Source of the DNA: an uncultured bacterium
GTDB lineage: Bacteria > UBP4 > UBA4092
DNA: 64,000 nt
Direction: 5' to 3'
Assembly (NCBI GenBank): GCA_964644695.1
Contig: CAZXWN010000001.1
Coordinates: forward strand, 1-64,000
Part shown: positions 36,147-47,266 of the stretch, one piece after another
How positions within the stretch are numbered: the stretch's first letter is position 1
Layout of the letters: every line of letters starts with the position of its first letter
Notes under the pieces: model-generated
Databases searched by the model: none
Told to the model about the DNA's origin: nothing
The model's input: the letters and a program-made list of their open reading frames with translations, nothing else
Program-made: the position numbers and the translations under genes

Positions 36147-38738
36147 TTAAAAGGGATGACCGAATTTATCTGTAAGGTACAATTCCCTGATTTGTACGGA
36201 TTGATTGCTGTTTTGCGTGGGAACCAGTTTGATAGAAGATACCTCCATCTCCGCCAGAGGAATTCTAACAGAGCCGGCCTGGGCAGGAGTAAATACCTTT
36301 TGGGAGGAAGGACCCTTCACTAGAATCTGGTAGTTTTTCCATGGGGTATCCGGCTGGATAAGGATATTAAGATAGCCAGCCTTCACTGGTTTTGGATAGA
36401 CCAATTCAATAGAGTCCGATGTCTGTGGTTTATCCCATGTGGTCAGAGTCATTACTCGTCCATCACAAATTGAGCTTAAGTTAGCAGTATCTTTCATTGT
36501 GGATTTCAGGACGGGCCTGTCGGCGACATTAACAGTAAATTCTTTCATTAGAACTTTGAACTTCTGGTCTTGAGTGTTTCTTAAGCGAACAGCTCTCATT
36601 AAAACAGGTTCGGTTGAACTCCAATTTACCTCAGGATGAATTGTTTTCATGAGAGGTTTCCATGTTTTCAGATCTAGAGAGTATTCCAGTTCACCTTTAT
36701 AAATAAAATCACAGGGTGATGTTGTATCCGTCATCAGGATGTGGATTTGATTGACAGGTCTGATGGTGGGAAGGGTAACCTTAAACCACTCATTGCTATT
36801 AAAGTTCCACGCTGTCGGAAAACCTGATTGAGCGGAACCATCGGTGATGTAATCAACAAACCGCCATACACCCCGATTAAATCCAGTATTATCAGCAAAA
36901 CTAACTGCAGGTTTATAAAGAGTGGCTCCCATCCCTTCGCCAGAAAGTAAGACCCGGTTGGTGAGAAGTTCCATCATCCCACCAAAAAAGACATCCTCAG
37001 ATTTTGAATAAACTTCTTTTTGGAGATAGGTTTCAAGGTCCATCCGTTTTTGCCACAGGCTGGCCAGATTCTCATCAGGTTTACTTTCTAAAATATCAAA
37101 GGCCATAATGCCTGCTTGTCCATAAACTGCCATTTTCTTGACCCAGGGATTAATTTCCTTAAGTAAAGCCTGATTATCCACCGTTGCTTGCAAGTCTTTT
37201 TCAAGATTACAAATCCGAGTCAAATAGGTCCTTAATGATTTTTCGGTTTTGGGTGAGGGGTTTTCCAGATAGTTATTAATGAGGGTTGCTAATTCGACGG
37301 ACTCTCTTCTTTCCATAACCGTATTTCGGTTGTTTTCACAGAACAATCGGAGAGCATTATAACCCTTTGTCCCACCCACCAAGAGAATGGCATTTTTCCA
37401 AGACCTCTCGGGATTGTAGTCATAAGGATTCCATATATAATCTGCGATGGTGGCCAGCCCAATCTTGGAGGCTTCTTCCTGGTTCATTGGATTCTGGAGG
37501 AAACCGTTATAAACATGTTCCACCAAATCATTTGGCCTGCCGGTCAAGGGACCCATAAAGAGCCGGGTGGTAGCAAAATCATTAACTGGATAATTGTCCG
37601 AAATAAAGGGTTTTCGTTTTAATCCCGAGGCGATCAGATAGCATTCGTCTACACTGATGTAATCGTCCACGACATCGCCACCGGTCCACATCTGTGGGAT
37701 TTCTGGATATACCTTTTCGCCCATGGTGTAGATGTAATCATCGGGCTTGGCGATGTAATACATCTGTCCACATATTGAATATCCTTTATGAAGATTCCAC
37801 GTTTTTAGATGGTCATAGACCTTATTGATCAGGAAGGCATGCGCTTCTGCTGGGCTTTTGAAGACTTTCGCATCTTCCTCATGGCGAACGGCATTTCCAA
37901 TGTCATCTATTTGAAGGGAAAAATGTTCTGCGCCGGCTTTTCGTGCCTGGTCATATTTCCTCATCAAAATATCAAAATCTTCCTTTGAGGAGTATTTAAT
38001 CGAAAGTCCAGGATTCATGGCAAATGAAAAAGTCACATGATTATCTTTGGCAACTTTTATGGTTTCAGTCAGCCGTTTCATGAAAATATCAGGATAATTT
38101 TCCCGCCACTTATCCCGGTTATAGGGATCATCTTTTGGGGAATACATGAAAAAGTTCATTTTTGTTTCACCCATAAATCTGAGGGCTTCTTTTCGTTCCT
38201 CATGTGTCCACTGTTTACCATAGAAAAATTCCCCATACCCTCTTTCCAAAGCAAATCCTGGATAATCTATCACTGTGATTTGGGGTAAGGCTTTCCCCTG
38301 ATTAAGAATCTGTCGAAAAGTCTGGGCCGCATAGAATGTTCCAGAATGTCCTTTCCCTGCCAGAATAATAGTGGGTTTATTTTGGTCTTTTTTAATAATC
38401 AGGACATAACCCTCATCTGTTGTTATTTTTGAAAACGATGAGGAGTAGGGCGTGTTGGGTGATAATGACTTCATATCCCCCAAAATGATTTGAGACTTGG
38501 CCTTTGTGGCATCCTGTGTGGTTTGGAATCCCTTTTGTATTAACAGGTTTTGAATTACGACAGCCGTCTCAGCATAAGATTTATCTCCATCAATATATAC
38601 TGGAGACATCATTTGGATCTGAGTGTTACCGGTGTGGATTTCCCTTGCTTTGGGTATCAGATAGTCTAAAGCCGGGGATGGAACTGACAGTACAATAGCC
38701 ACTAAACTTACTAGTAATGTTTTCACCCATAACGACAT
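36147..38738 (-). CDS. Secreted GH84 beta-N-acetylglucosaminidase (O-GlcNAcase/NagJ-like) with N-terminal GH20b-like and C-terminal F5/8-like modules
   Basis: EGY.L.I...G.FYA.QT..Q, FYG..WT...R, YSPKDDPY.R..WRE.YP, catalytic DD in QIDDI, WTG, DNYPVND and NPMNQ.EASK motifs. Confidence 0.92.
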   Translation of the reverse strand: MSLWVKTLLVSLVAIVLSVPSPALDYLIPKAREIHTGNTQIQMMSPVYIDGDKSYAETAVVIQNLLIQKGFQTTQDATKAKSQIILGDMKSLSPNTPYSSSFSKITTDEGYVLIIKKDQNKPTIILAGKGHSGTFYAAQTFRQILNQGKALPQITVIDYPGFALERGYGEFFYGKQWTHEERKEALRFMGETKMNFFMYSPKDDPYNRDKWRENYPDIFMKRLTETIKVAKDNHVTFSFAMNPGLSIKYSSKEDFDILMRKYDQARKAGAEHFSLQIDDIGNAVRHEEDAKVFKSPAEAHAFLINKVYDHLKTWNLHKGYSICGQMYYIAKPDDYIYTMGEKVYPEIPQMWTGGDVVDDYISVDECYLIASGLKRKPFISDNYPVNDFATTRLFMGPLTGRPNDLVEHVYNGFLQNPMNQEEASKIGLATIADYIWNPYDYNPERSWKNAILLVGGTKGYNALRLFCENNRNTVMERRESVELATLINNYLENPSPKTEKSLRTYLTRICNLEKDLQATVDNQALLKEINPWVKKMAVYGQAGIMAFDILESKPDENLASLWQKRMDLETYLQKEVYSKSEDVFFGGMMELLTNRVLLSGEGMGATLYKPAVSFADNTGFNRGVWRFVDYITDGSAQSGFPTAWNFNSNEWFKVTLPTIRPVNQIHILMTDTTSPCDFIYKGELEYSLDLKTWKPLMKTIHPEVNWSSTEPVLMRAVRLRNTQDQKFKVLMKEFTVNVADRPVLKSTMKDTANLSSICDGRVMTLTTWDKPQTSDSIELVYPKPVKAGYLNILIQPDTPWKNYQILVKGPSSQKVFTPAQAGSVRIPLAEMEVSSIKLVPTQNSNQSVQIRELYLTDKFGHPF

Positions 38739-39035
38739 AAAACCTCTCCTTAAATTAATATAAAATAGACACTACACGAAATTGATATAAATTATACCCA
38801 AAAACGAATATGATGATTTTTGAAACTGATGCCCTTTTGCAGGGGACAATACACAATTCAATTTTGATTAATACTGTGATTAGTTGTATAGTAACAAAAA
38901 TAAATATATAAAGAATCGGGTATGGAGTTGAATCTCATAATATTGGTTTCATTGATTTGGGATGGTAGTCGATATTAGGATGGCAGTTTTTACAACTATT
39001 TTCTACCTGATAAATTCACAATAAGTGAGGGGTCT

Positions 39036-40328
39036 ATGTTTTGGAATAAAGAAATTGAAACTATCTCTCGAAAAAAACTTGAAGCAATGCAGCTGGAGCG
39101 TCTTCAAGCAACTGCACAGAAAGTGTACAGCAAAGTTCCTTTTTATAAGGGTAAATTTGATGAATTAGGAATTAACCCTAAACACATTACATCTATTACT
39201 GATATTCAGAAATTACCTTTTACTACGAATGCTGATTTACGCGAAAACTTTCCTGATAAGCTGAATACTTGTGGACGAGAGAATATTATTCGTTTGCATA
39301 CCTCCAGCGGGACTACAGGCAAACCCAAAGCATTATGGTTTTCAAAAGCGGATTTAGATATGTTGGCTGAACAAATGGCCCGTAATCTAGTCATGACCGG
39401 GTTGACCAATGCCGACATCTTACAAAATATGATGACATACGGATTGTTTACGGGAGCATTCATGCTTCATTATGGAGCTGAGAAGTTAGGTGTTCTTGTC
39501 ATTCCGTCTGGTCCTGGAAATAGTGAACGCCAAATTAGTCTCATGCAGGATTTTGGGACCACAGTATTACATTTCACACCCAGTTATGCTCTCCATCTGG
39601 CTGATGTTATGGAAGAAAAAGGAATTAATCCTCGTAAAGATGTGAAATTAACCAAAGCCTATGTAGGTGCCGAACCTTATACCGAAGAAACCCGTAAAAA
39701 AATTGAAAAGCTTTATGATATTGATGTTTTTAATTGTTATGGTCTTTCTGAAATGGGTGGTCCGGGTGTGGCTTTTGAATGCCAGGAAAAGGGGCATCTT
39801 CATGTCTGGGAAGACAATTTCCTTGTCGAAATTATAGACCCGGAAACATTGAAACCTGTTGATGAGGGGAAACCGGGTGAATTGGTTCTGACTACCTTGA
39901 CCCGGGATGCAATGCCCTTGATCAGATACCGTACAAGAGATATTACCTCGTTTGTGACAGAAAAATGTGCTTGTGGTCGTACGCATCGTCGAATTCGCCG
40001 AATGACCGGCCGAACCGACGATATGTTGATTGTTCACGGCGTTAATATTTTCCCACAACAGATCGAACGAATTCTGATGGGAATTAAGTCTGTTGCTAAG
40101 AATTATCAGATTGAGCTGACACCACTGGGAGATATTATTGTTCGTGTTGAAATGGCTCAGACTGTATTTGATGGAAATATGGAACATCTTGTCAGTCTTC
40201 AAAAAGATATTGCTGATAAATTACGCAATGAGATTATTGTCAGACCTAAAGTAGAACTGATGGAACCCGGTAGTCTTCCTGTCTTTGAAGGTAAAGGAAA
40301 ACGGGTCATCGATAAACGAAAAATATAA
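39036..40328 (+). CDS. paaK: Phenylacetate-CoA ligase family protein (copy 1)
   Basis: [39 protein letters not shown] and GK.KRVID.R motifs. Confidence 0.9.
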   Translation: MFWNKEIETISRKKLEAMQLERLQATAQKVYSKVPFYKGKFDELGINPKHITSITDIQKLPFTTNADLRENFPDKLNTCGRENIIRLHTSSGTTGKPKALWFSKADLDMLAEQMARNLVMTGLTNADILQNMMTYGLFTGAFMLHYGAEKLGVLVIPSGPGNSERQISLMQDFGTTVLHFTPSYALHLADVMEEKGINPRKDVKLTKAYVGAEPYTEETRKKIEKLYDIDVFNCYGLSEMGGPGVAFECQEKGHLHVWEDNFLVEIIDPETLKPVDEGKPGELVLTTLTRDAMPLIRYRTRDITSFVTEKCACGRTHRRIRRMTGRTDDMLIVHGVNIFPQQIERILMGIKSVAKNYQIELTPLGDIIVRVEMAQTVFDGNMEHLVSLQKDIADKLRNEIIVRPKVELMEPGSLPVFEGKGKRVIDKRKI

Positions 40329-40362
40329 ACCATTATTCTCATCCCAAAACGGAGAAGTAAAT

Positions 40363-40848
40363 ATGGAAACAATCAAACAATTATCAATCTTCGCTCGTAA
40401 CAACCCAGGTAAAATCGAAAGAGTAACGCAGGTTCTGGCAGATGAAAAAATCAGTGTGCTGGCATTTTCTATTGCCAGTCAGGGTGAGATGGGTGTTTTT
40501 AAACTTCTGACAGACGATTGTGAAAAAGCTTATGAAGCCTTGAAAAAAGCGGGTCTTACGGTTTCATTAATGGATGTTTTGGCTATACGGTTAAACGATA
40601 AGCCCGGTGGAATGCATAAGGTGGCAGAAATTTTAACAGCAAAAAATGTAAATGTTGAAAATGCATACATCTTTATCCCTGGTGAGCGAAAAAATGGATA
40701 TCTCGTTATTGAAGTAAATAATGCCAAAAAAGCCATGGAGAAATTGAAAGATACAAAACTTTCTTTTTTGAAAGAAAAAAGTTGCAAAACAGTCTCAAAA
40801 CCAAAAAAGAAAACAGTAAAGACTACAAAAACCACACAAAAGAAATAG
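40363..40848 (+). CDS. Tandem ACT-domain protein (copy 1) with Lys-rich tail
   Basis: IKQLSIF..N.PG and DKPGG...V...L....VNVE..Y.F motifs. Confidence 0.88.
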   Translation: METIKQLSIFARNNPGKIERVTQVLADEKISVLAFSIASQGEMGVFKLLTDDCEKAYEALKKAGLTVSLMDVLAIRLNDKPGGMHKVAEILTAKNVNVENAYIFIPGERKNGYLVIEVNNAKKAMEKLKDTKLSFLKEKSCKTVSKPKKKTVKTTKTTQKK

Positions 40849-40870
40849 TTTTGGAGGAATATATCTGAAT

Positions 40871-42169
40871 ATGTATTGGAATGAAAAAATTGAATGCTGT
40901 ACTGACAGCAAGAAAGAAAAGCTATTATCAGAACGCCTCCAGAACTCTATCCGGCGTGCGTATGAGAAGGTTCCTTACTATCAAAAGATGTTTGATAAAC
41001 ACAAAGTGAAGCCTTCTGATATTAAAACAATTAAAGATATTTCAAAGCTTCCCTTTATTACCAAAGATGATTTAAGAAAAGCCTATCCTTTTGGATTGTT
41101 TGCTGTCCCTCAATCTGAAATTGTTGAGATACATACCTCTTCTGGAACAACGGGGATTCCTGTTGTCGCGGGATATACCCGAGGTGATTTGAAAATATGG
41201 AGTGAGTCCATTGCTCGGGCTTTAACGATGGCAGGCGTCAGTAAGAATGACATTATCCAGAATGCTTATGGATATGGATTGTTTACAGGTGGATTGGGAT
41301 TGCATTATGGAGCTCAGGAAGTGGGCGCCACGGTTATTCCAATTTCAGCTGGAAATACGAAACGTCAATTAGAGCTTATGCGCGATTTTGGTACTACCGT
41401 ATTAACCTGTACTCCATCCTATGCTTTATATATGGCTGAAACAGCCGAAGAAATGGGTATCAATCCTAAAAAATTGAAATTAAGAGTCGGTATCCATGGT
41501 GCAGAAATGTGGACCGAGAGAATGCGTCAAGAAATTGAAAAACGATTAGACATATCTGCCCATGATATTTATGGTTTGACTGAGATTATTGGTCCCGGAG
41601 TTGGCATGGAGTGTGAGGCTAAATGTGGTCTTCATATTATGGAAGATCATTTTTATCCGGAAATTATATCTCCAGACACATTGGAGCCTCTTCCTGATGG
41701 GGAAAAAGGTGAGTTGGTCTTAACTACATTAACCCGTGAGGGTATTCCTATGATTCGCTTTAGGACAAAAGACTTAACCAGTATTCATCGGGAAAAATGT
41801 TCTTGTGGTCGTACTTTGGCAAAGATTGAAAGAATCAGTGGTCGCTCTGATGATATGATGAAAATTCGTGGTGTCATCGTGTTCCCGTCCCAAATTGAAA
41901 AAGCATTACTGGAAGGGACTGGACTTGAACCTCAATATCAAATTATTATTTCAAGGCCTCATCAATTGGATGAATTGGAAGTTCGAGTCGAAGCCTCCAA
42001 GAAATTGTTTTCGGATGAAGTTCGCCGAATTGAAGAAGTTAGAACAAAATTGGAAGTTAAAATTGAGAAGACCATTGGCTTGCGGGTCAAGGTGACACTG
42101 GTCGAACCTAAATCACTACCCCGATCAGAAGGAAAAGCAAAACGCGTCATTGATACCCGTAATCTTTAA
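40871..42169 (+). CDS. paaK: Phenylacetate-CoA ligase family protein (copy 2)
   Basis: [45 protein letters not shown] and [11 protein letters not shown] motifs. Confidence 0.92.
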   Translation: MYWNEKIECCTDSKKEKLLSERLQNSIRRAYEKVPYYQKMFDKHKVKPSDIKTIKDISKLPFITKDDLRKAYPFGLFAVPQSEIVEIHTSSGTTGIPVVAGYTRGDLKIWSESIARALTMAGVSKNDIIQNAYGYGLFTGGLGLHYGAQEVGATVIPISAGNTKRQLELMRDFGTTVLTCTPSYALYMAETAEEMGINPKKLKLRVGIHGAEMWTERMRQEIEKRLDISAHDIYGLTEIIGPGVGMECEAKCGLHIMEDHFYPEIISPDTLEPLPDGEKGELVLTTLTREGIPMIRFRTKDLTSIHREKCSCGRTLAKIERISGRSDDMMKIRGVIVFPSQIEKALLEGTGLEPQYQIIISRPHQLDELEVRVEASKKLFSDEVRRIEEVRTKLEVKIEKTIGLRVKVTLVEPKSLPRSEGKAKRVIDTRNL

Positions 42170-42194
42170 ACCGAAGAAAGGGGAAAGGACAGCC

Positions 42195-42626
42195 ATGAAA
42201 GTAAAACAAATTTCTATTTTTCTTGAAAACCGAAAAGGTCGGTTGCATGAAGCGTTGTCTGTGTTGCAGAATGCTAAGGTAAATATTCGTGCCTTATCTA
42301 TAGCCGATACTTCTGAATTTGGAATACTGAGAATGATTGTTTCAGAGCCTGATGTTGCTCGCAAAGTGTTGAAAAAAGCCGACTTTGTGGTTCAAGAAAC
42401 TGATGTGATTGCCATCTGTGTGAGTGATCAGCCGGGTGGGTTAGCAACTGCTTTAAGCGCTCTTAATGCTGCAGACATCAATGTTGAGTACCTGTATGCA
42501 TTTGTTCAGAAGGCTGGAAAGAACGCTGTTGTTGTTATTCGAACAGAAAAGTTGGAGCCCGCAATCAAGATTTTATCAGGTGCTGGAGTGAAAATATTAA
42601 AGTCTGATGAAGTGTATGTTTTGTAG
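42195..42626 (+). CDS. Tandem ACT-domain protein (copy 2)
   Basis: VKQISIFLEN..GRL, NIRALSIADT.EFGILR.IV, D.PGGL and INVEYLYAF motifs. Confidence 0.92.
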   Translation: MKVKQISIFLENRKGRLHEALSVLQNAKVNIRALSIADTSEFGILRMIVSEPDVARKVLKKADFVVQETDVIAICVSDQPGGLATALSALNAADINVEYLYAFVQKAGKNAVVVIRTEKLEPAIKILSGAGVKILKSDEVYVL

Positions 42627-42640
42627 GCAGATTAAAATTA

Positions 42641-42675
42641 AAAAAGCCCTCCCCCGTATAGGAGGAGGGCTTTTT
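42641..42675. terminator. Bidirectional intrinsic terminator
   Basis: AAAAAGCCCTCC/GGAGGGCTTTTT between convergent genes. Confidence 0.82.
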
Positions 42676-42681
42676 GTTTTA

Positions 42682-43962
42682 CTAGAACTTATATTGCAAC
42701 TCGGCACGGATAAACAAGGCATCATCCATGTTGCTTCCGTAATAATTTTCAGGTTTAAAGTATTCTAACAGTAAAGTTGTATCCAAGTTCTTATTGAACT
42801 TGTGATTTACTTGTATTTGCGGATTGTGACCACGAGAGTAGCCATTATTACCCAGAGTGTCTTCAAAACTACGGAAATAGTTATACCTGAGTGTGACAGC
42901 TGTTTTATCTGTAACATTCAGCTTGGTTGCTAAGCGGTAGCACTGTAGATTTGTATAATAGCCAATGATACCCGTTTCTGTAAGGTAATTTGCTAAGAGT
43001 ATTTCACTGTACATTGGATATCTTGAAAATAGAGGATCCCATCCTTCCACTTTTGATGTTGATGGATTATCCCCTGATAGAAGACCTACACCGGCAGTCA
43101 CCTCTGGCTTTAATGGAAGGTTTTTGAACGACTTATCAACAAATAAAGTTCCTGCCCAACCTGATCTGTCATTATTATCAGAATATTCGCCTGTTTGTCC
43201 TGCTAATTCAGCGCGTATTGCCCAATCATTTTTCTTATAAACAGCTCTAGTTCCTAGAGTATGGATATTCAGTAATGGAGTCTTTTTGAAACTATCTTCC
43301 TGTTTGAATATGTAATATGGTTCAAGAGTTAGCTCCTTTGAGACCTTGCTAGTTCCATACAGAATAAAACCCCACTCATCAGAAGTATTTAACTTCATAT
43401 GACGATTATTTATAACTGGGAAGAACGTATCGTACTCCTGGTTGTTTAAAAGGACTGCATCTAGTGAGTTTTTCTCATTTATCTGAATAGATGCTTTTAA
43501 TGCATTAAAATAAAATGTTCGTGACCCATCATTTGGAGTTCCCTCAACAACAACGAGTCCATCGCCATATTTTAGATCTTGCCGACCTACGCGGAAGTTT
43601 ACAGGCAAATCAAAAGGTTTATTAAGATCGAAATACGCATTATCGACAACAAACTCATCTCTTTGAAGATTACGTCCAGCATGGTCTGCCATATAAACTC
43701 TGGGTTCACCCACAATACGCAAATATAAAGAAATCTCATCTGTAGGGTTGAGTTTTCCCCAAACAGAAGTTCGGAGCCGGAAATATTCATTATTTACATC
43801 GTTGCTATCATCATTAAAATCGTAGTTGTTATCTAAATACTCAAATCTAACTCGTTCCTGAAATCCAAACTCGTAATACTTGGTTTTGTCGCTAGAAGAT
43901 GCAAATCCCGGTAAGACAAATAGACTTAGTAAAGCTAAAAAAAGATACAAACGCATTTTCAT
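42682..43962 (-). CDS. Alginate-export-family outer-membrane beta-barrel
   Basis: Signal peptide; R.R.E, DNAY, RVGRQ.L.YGDG and LSGD.P......WDPLF motifs; terminal YKF barrel signature. Confidence 0.8.
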   Translation of the reverse strand: MKMRLYLFLALLSLFVLPGFASSSDKTKYYEFGFQERVRFEYLDNNYDFNDDSNDVNNEYFRLRTSVWGKLNPTDEISLYLRIVGEPRVYMADHAGRNLQRDEFVVDNAYFDLNKPFDLPVNFRVGRQDLKYGDGLVVVEGTPNDGSRTFYFNALKASIQINEKNSLDAVLLNNQEYDTFFPVINNRHMKLNTSDEWGFILYGTSKVSKELTLEPYYIFKQEDSFKKTPLLNIHTLGTRAVYKKNDWAIRAELAGQTGEYSDNNDRSGWAGTLFVDKSFKNLPLKPEVTAGVGLLSGDNPSTSKVEGWDPLFSRYPMYSEILLANYLTETGIIGYYTNLQCYRLATKLNVTDKTAVTLRYNYFRSFEDTLGNNGYSRGHNPQIQVNHKFNKNLDTTLLLEYFKPENYYGSNMDDALFIRAELQYKF

Positions 43963-44023
43963 AGTGTTACCCTCTTAAATGATTTAAAAAAACAATAAGT
44001 AAAATTTTATCATTGAAATGAAG

Positions 44024-45271
44024 TTATATGTTTTTAGAAGCGTAGTATCCTGCTAAATAGCCAGTTGAAAATGCCTGCTGTAAATTATATCCACCACTAA
44101 TACCAGAACAATCAATTATTTCTCCAGCAAAATAGAGTCCCTTAACAATCTTTGATTCAAGGGTATGTGAATTGATTTCATGTAATGAAACGCCACCTTT
44201 TGTTACATAGGCTTTTTCGATGGGAAGAGTTCCCGTTATTGTTAGTGGTAATTTTTTCAGAGAAGTTATTATTACTTGTTTATCCGACCGAGTGATTTGA
44301 TTCATACGCTTAGCTGGATCAATATCCACAATCTGCAACACTACTTCGATGAATCTGTTTGGTAATAAAGGAGACAGTACTTTTCCTATGGATTGGTTTG
44401 GTTTAGTTTTTATAGCACTATTGAGAAGGGATGATAATTCAAATGTATCAATATGTGCCATACAATCCAAGTTTATTGATAAAGGTTCTCTTTTAACCAT
44501 TGAGGATAATTCCAGGCTTGCATTTAGCACCAAGGGTCCGGACAATCCAAAATGTGTAAAAAGCAACATTCCTTCAGGCGAATAGTGTGATGTTGATGGT
44601 GTATGCCAACTGAATTGGGCATGCTCCAAAGTGATCCCTCTTAATTGTTTTATCCATGAGTCTTTGCATATAAATGGGACTAAAGAAGGTATCAGTGGTG
44701 TTACAGAGTGTCCCAAGTTTTTGCACCAAAGGAAACCCTCCCCCGATGAGCCTGTTTCGGGATATGATAACCCTCCCGTTGCGATAATGAGTTTGGATGA
44801 CTTTATATGATGATTTAATTGGGGTGAATAGATATTGAATGCTTCTTTAGTATGGCTAATCTTTGACACCGGTGTTGAAGTCAATATGTGTGTGTTGGGA
44901 TAAGAATGAATGGCTTTCATTAAAGCAGATAAAACATCAGAGGCTCTATCTGATTTTGGATATATTAACCCCGTATCTTCTGTTTTACATGGGGTGCCAT
45001 ATTGTTTTAAAAAAGATATTAAATCGTCTCTAAAAAAATTATGAAATGCTGAATGTAAGAACTTTCCTGTCTTCCCATAGCCTTTAATGAATTCATCAAC
45101 AGGTAAATAATTTGTTAAATTACACCGACCATTGCCTGTCAGAAGTAGCTTTCGGCCGGCTTTTAGATTTTTTTCTAATAGGAGTATCCTTAAATTGGAT
45201 TGGGCGGCCGAAATGGTTGCCATCATTCCTGCAGGCCCCGCTCCTATAATCACGATATCATATTCATTCAT
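44024..45271 (-). CDS. HI0933/BaiN-family flavoprotein
   Basis: GAGPAGMMA, GRKLL.TGNGRCN.TN, ATGG.SYP.TGS.G.G, LFTHFGLSGP and GGYNLQ.AFSTG motifs. Confidence 0.95.
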   Translation of the reverse strand: MNEYDIVIIGAGPAGMMATISAAQSNLRILLLEKNLKAGRKLLLTGNGRCNLTNYLPVDEFIKGYGKTGKFLHSAFHNFFRDDLISFLKQYGTPCKTEDTGLIYPKSDRASDVLSALMKAIHSYPNTHILTSTPVSKISHTKEAFNIYSPQLNHHIKSSKLIIATGGLSYPETGSSGEGFLWCKNLGHSVTPLIPSLVPFICKDSWIKQLRGITLEHAQFSWHTPSTSHYSPEGMLLFTHFGLSGPLVLNASLELSSMVKREPLSINLDCMAHIDTFELSSLLNSAIKTKPNQSIGKVLSPLLPNRFIEVVLQIVDIDPAKRMNQITRSDKQVIITSLKKLPLTITGTLPIEKAYVTKGGVSLHEINSHTLESKIVKGLYFAGEIIDCSGISGGYNLQQAFSTGYLAGYYASKNI

Positions 45272-45315
45272 AGTTCCATATATAATAATGGAAAACGGAT
45301 TGTTAGGTGTTAACT

Positions 45316-46089
45316 ATGAAAGACAGTGATGAAATGATAAATCAGATTAAAGAAGATTTGATATCTTTGGGTGTTCGCAGTGGAGGATGCCTACTTGTTC
45401 ATTCTTCTATGAGATCCCTAGGCCAAGTTGCTGGTGGGCCTGAAACAGTTATTCAAGGTTTGTTGTCCTCCCTGGGTCCTAAAGGGACTTTATTATTGCC
45501 TGCACTAAGTTATCTCACCGTAAATGCTGTGAATCCCGTTTTTGATGTTAGGAATACACCCTCCTGTGTGGGTCTCATATCTGAATATTTCAGAACAAGA
45601 CCTGGTACTTACCGAAGTATTAATCCAACTCATTCAATATCTGCATATGGTGCCAAGGCTCAGGAACTTACCTGTGACCATTGGAAAGATGGTACACCGG
45701 TAGGACCAAATTCTCCTTTGCGAAAATTAGTAAATGAAAAGGGACAGATACTCATGTTGGGATGTGGATTACGGCCTAACACATCAATGCATGGAATTGA
45801 GGAGTTATCAGTTCCTCCATATCTGTTTTCTGTAAATCTTCAATATAAAATTATACTTGCAGATGGTCGTGAAGAGAGCACTATATGTAGGAGGCATGGT
45901 TTCAGAGGTTGGGAACAACGATATGACAGAATTAAGGACATTATGACAAATAATTCTCTCAGGGAAGGTTCCGTGCTGGAAGCTCATTCTTATTTGATTG
46001 AAGCTGTTGATTTGTGGGAAAAAGCTCATGAACGGCTTTTAAGTGATCCTCTCTACTTTGTGAACAAGATTACTTGGGGAGAAAAATGA
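45316..46089 (+). CDS. AAC(3)/YokD-family N-acetyltransferase
   Basis: LLVHSS..SLG.V.GG, GTL..P, RS..PTHS..A.G and NTS.H..E motifs. Confidence 0.88.
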   Translation: MKDSDEMINQIKEDLISLGVRSGGCLLVHSSMRSLGQVAGGPETVIQGLLSSLGPKGTLLLPALSYLTVNAVNPVFDVRNTPSCVGLISEYFRTRPGTYRSINPTHSISAYGAKAQELTCDHWKDGTPVGPNSPLRKLVNEKGQILMLGCGLRPNTSMHGIEELSVPPYLFSVNLQYKIILADGREESTICRRHGFRGWEQRYDRIKDIMTNNSLREGSVLEAHSYLIEAVDLWEKAHERLLSDPLYFVNKITWGEK

Positions 46090-46090
46090 A

Positions 46091-46486
46091 GTGAGCAGGA
46101 TTCTCAAATCTATACTAAAGGTCAAGTCATACGAATTAGATTCATTTGGTCATGTGAATAATGCTGTCTATCTGCAATACTTGGAAGCTGCCCGATGTGA
46201 TTATATGCAACAGGTAGGTATCCAATTTTCGGATTTTCATACATATAAAGCATATTCTATTGTGGCTGAGGCTCAAATAAAATATATTAAGCCTTTGTTC
46301 TGTGATGATGATATTACTATCTCAGGTTGGTTCTCTCATTGGGGTAGAGCAAGCTTTGTTTTGAATTATGAAATATGTCGAGAAGAAACCCTTGTATCAA
46401 CGGCTCAATTGAAATTTGCATTTATAAATGACAAAGGCCGTATTATTCCAATTCCAGATTTCTTTAAAATTCCGTTTAGTGAATAA
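46091..46486 (+). CDS. Acyl-CoA thioesterase (4HBT/YbgC-like)
   Basis: ELD.FGHVNNAVYL.Y.E.AR motif. Confidence 0.9.
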   Translation: MSRILKSILKVKSYELDSFGHVNNAVYLQYLEAARCDYMQQVGIQFSDFHTYKAYSIVAEAQIKYIKPLFCDDDITISGWFSHWGRASFVLNYEICREETLVSTAQLKFAFINDKGRIIPIPDFFKIPFSE

Positions 46487-46504
46487 CCTATTGGAAGATA
46501 TTTA

Positions 46505-46533
46505 TTGATATTTCGTATTTAAAATAGTATAAG
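46505..46533 (+). promoter_or_regulatory. Putative sigma70 promoter of the exporter operon
   Basis: TTGATA-17 bp-TATAAG. Confidence 0.4.
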
Positions 46534-46552
46534 TTGTAGAAAAAGGTATGGG

Positions 46553-47266
46553 ATGAATAAATTATCGCGTTTAGTTGGAATAGTCTTCTCTCCAGGCAGG
46601 GTATTTAAGGGGCTAGATGAAAATCCTGACTTGTTGTTTGGTGTTTTTATCCCCATTTTCTCCTGGGTATTATTAGGTGTATCAACTATTTTGATAGGAC
46701 TTCGTGACCCAAGTTTAGAAATTAAATTGGCTGATTTAGGTGTTGACCAAGATCCTAATCTGATTAAATACTGGGGACCTATCTTACTGGTGAGCATGGG
46801 CCTTATCATGTCTTTTCTTTTATTTTTGATTAAGGCAGGATTGATTCATGTTTTAGTTCCCTTTATGAATGGTAAAACAACTTATCGCAAAATTGTGTCT
46901 GTTTTGGGATATTCGCATGTTCCCTTTGCAATTTGGTCTGTATTCGTCTTGTTTTATCTATTGCTAAATACTCATCATTATGTGGAAGTTGATTCCTCTG
47001 TTGCCCTGTTTTTTTTACCCCAGAAAATCCATCCGGCATTATATGCACTTTATTCCCGGTTGGATGTTTTTCTATTCTGGGCAATATTTCTGGCGATTCT
47101 TGGAATTTCAAAGGTATGCCGTTTGAGCAAGATAAAAGCTGCGGTATTAATACTGGCCCTGTGGATCATGGGTACATTATTAACTGTAGGATTCAGTGGA
47201 TATGTTAAACCTTTATTTAAAGGTGAAAATGAGAGTGCGGCTGTTACTGAACAGGAAGGTAACTAA
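46553..47266 (+). CDS. Yip1-family membrane protein (YknW-like)
   Basis: G..FSP...F..L...P N-terminus, multiple TM helices, LD.F..W; first gene of the exporter operon. Confidence 0.75.
   Translation: MNKLSRLVGIVFSPGRVFKGLDENPDLLFGVFIPIFSWVLLGVSTILIGLRDPSLEIKLADLGVDQDPNLIKYWGPILLVSMGLIMSFLLFLIKAGLIHVLVPFMNGKTTYRKIVSVLGYSHVPFAIWSVFVLFYLLLNTHHYVEVDSSVALFFLPQKIHPALYALYSRLDVFLFWAIFLAILGISKVCRLSKIKAAVLILALWIMGTLLTVGFSGYVKPLFKGENESAAVTEQEGN

Noticed and set aside
38740-39035. Operator-like inverted motifs (TAGTTGTA/TACAACTA) and a 33-codon ORF upstream of paaK
   Set aside because: The motifs are short and about 100 bp apart in very AT-rich DNA, and the ORF has no RBS or recognisable features.
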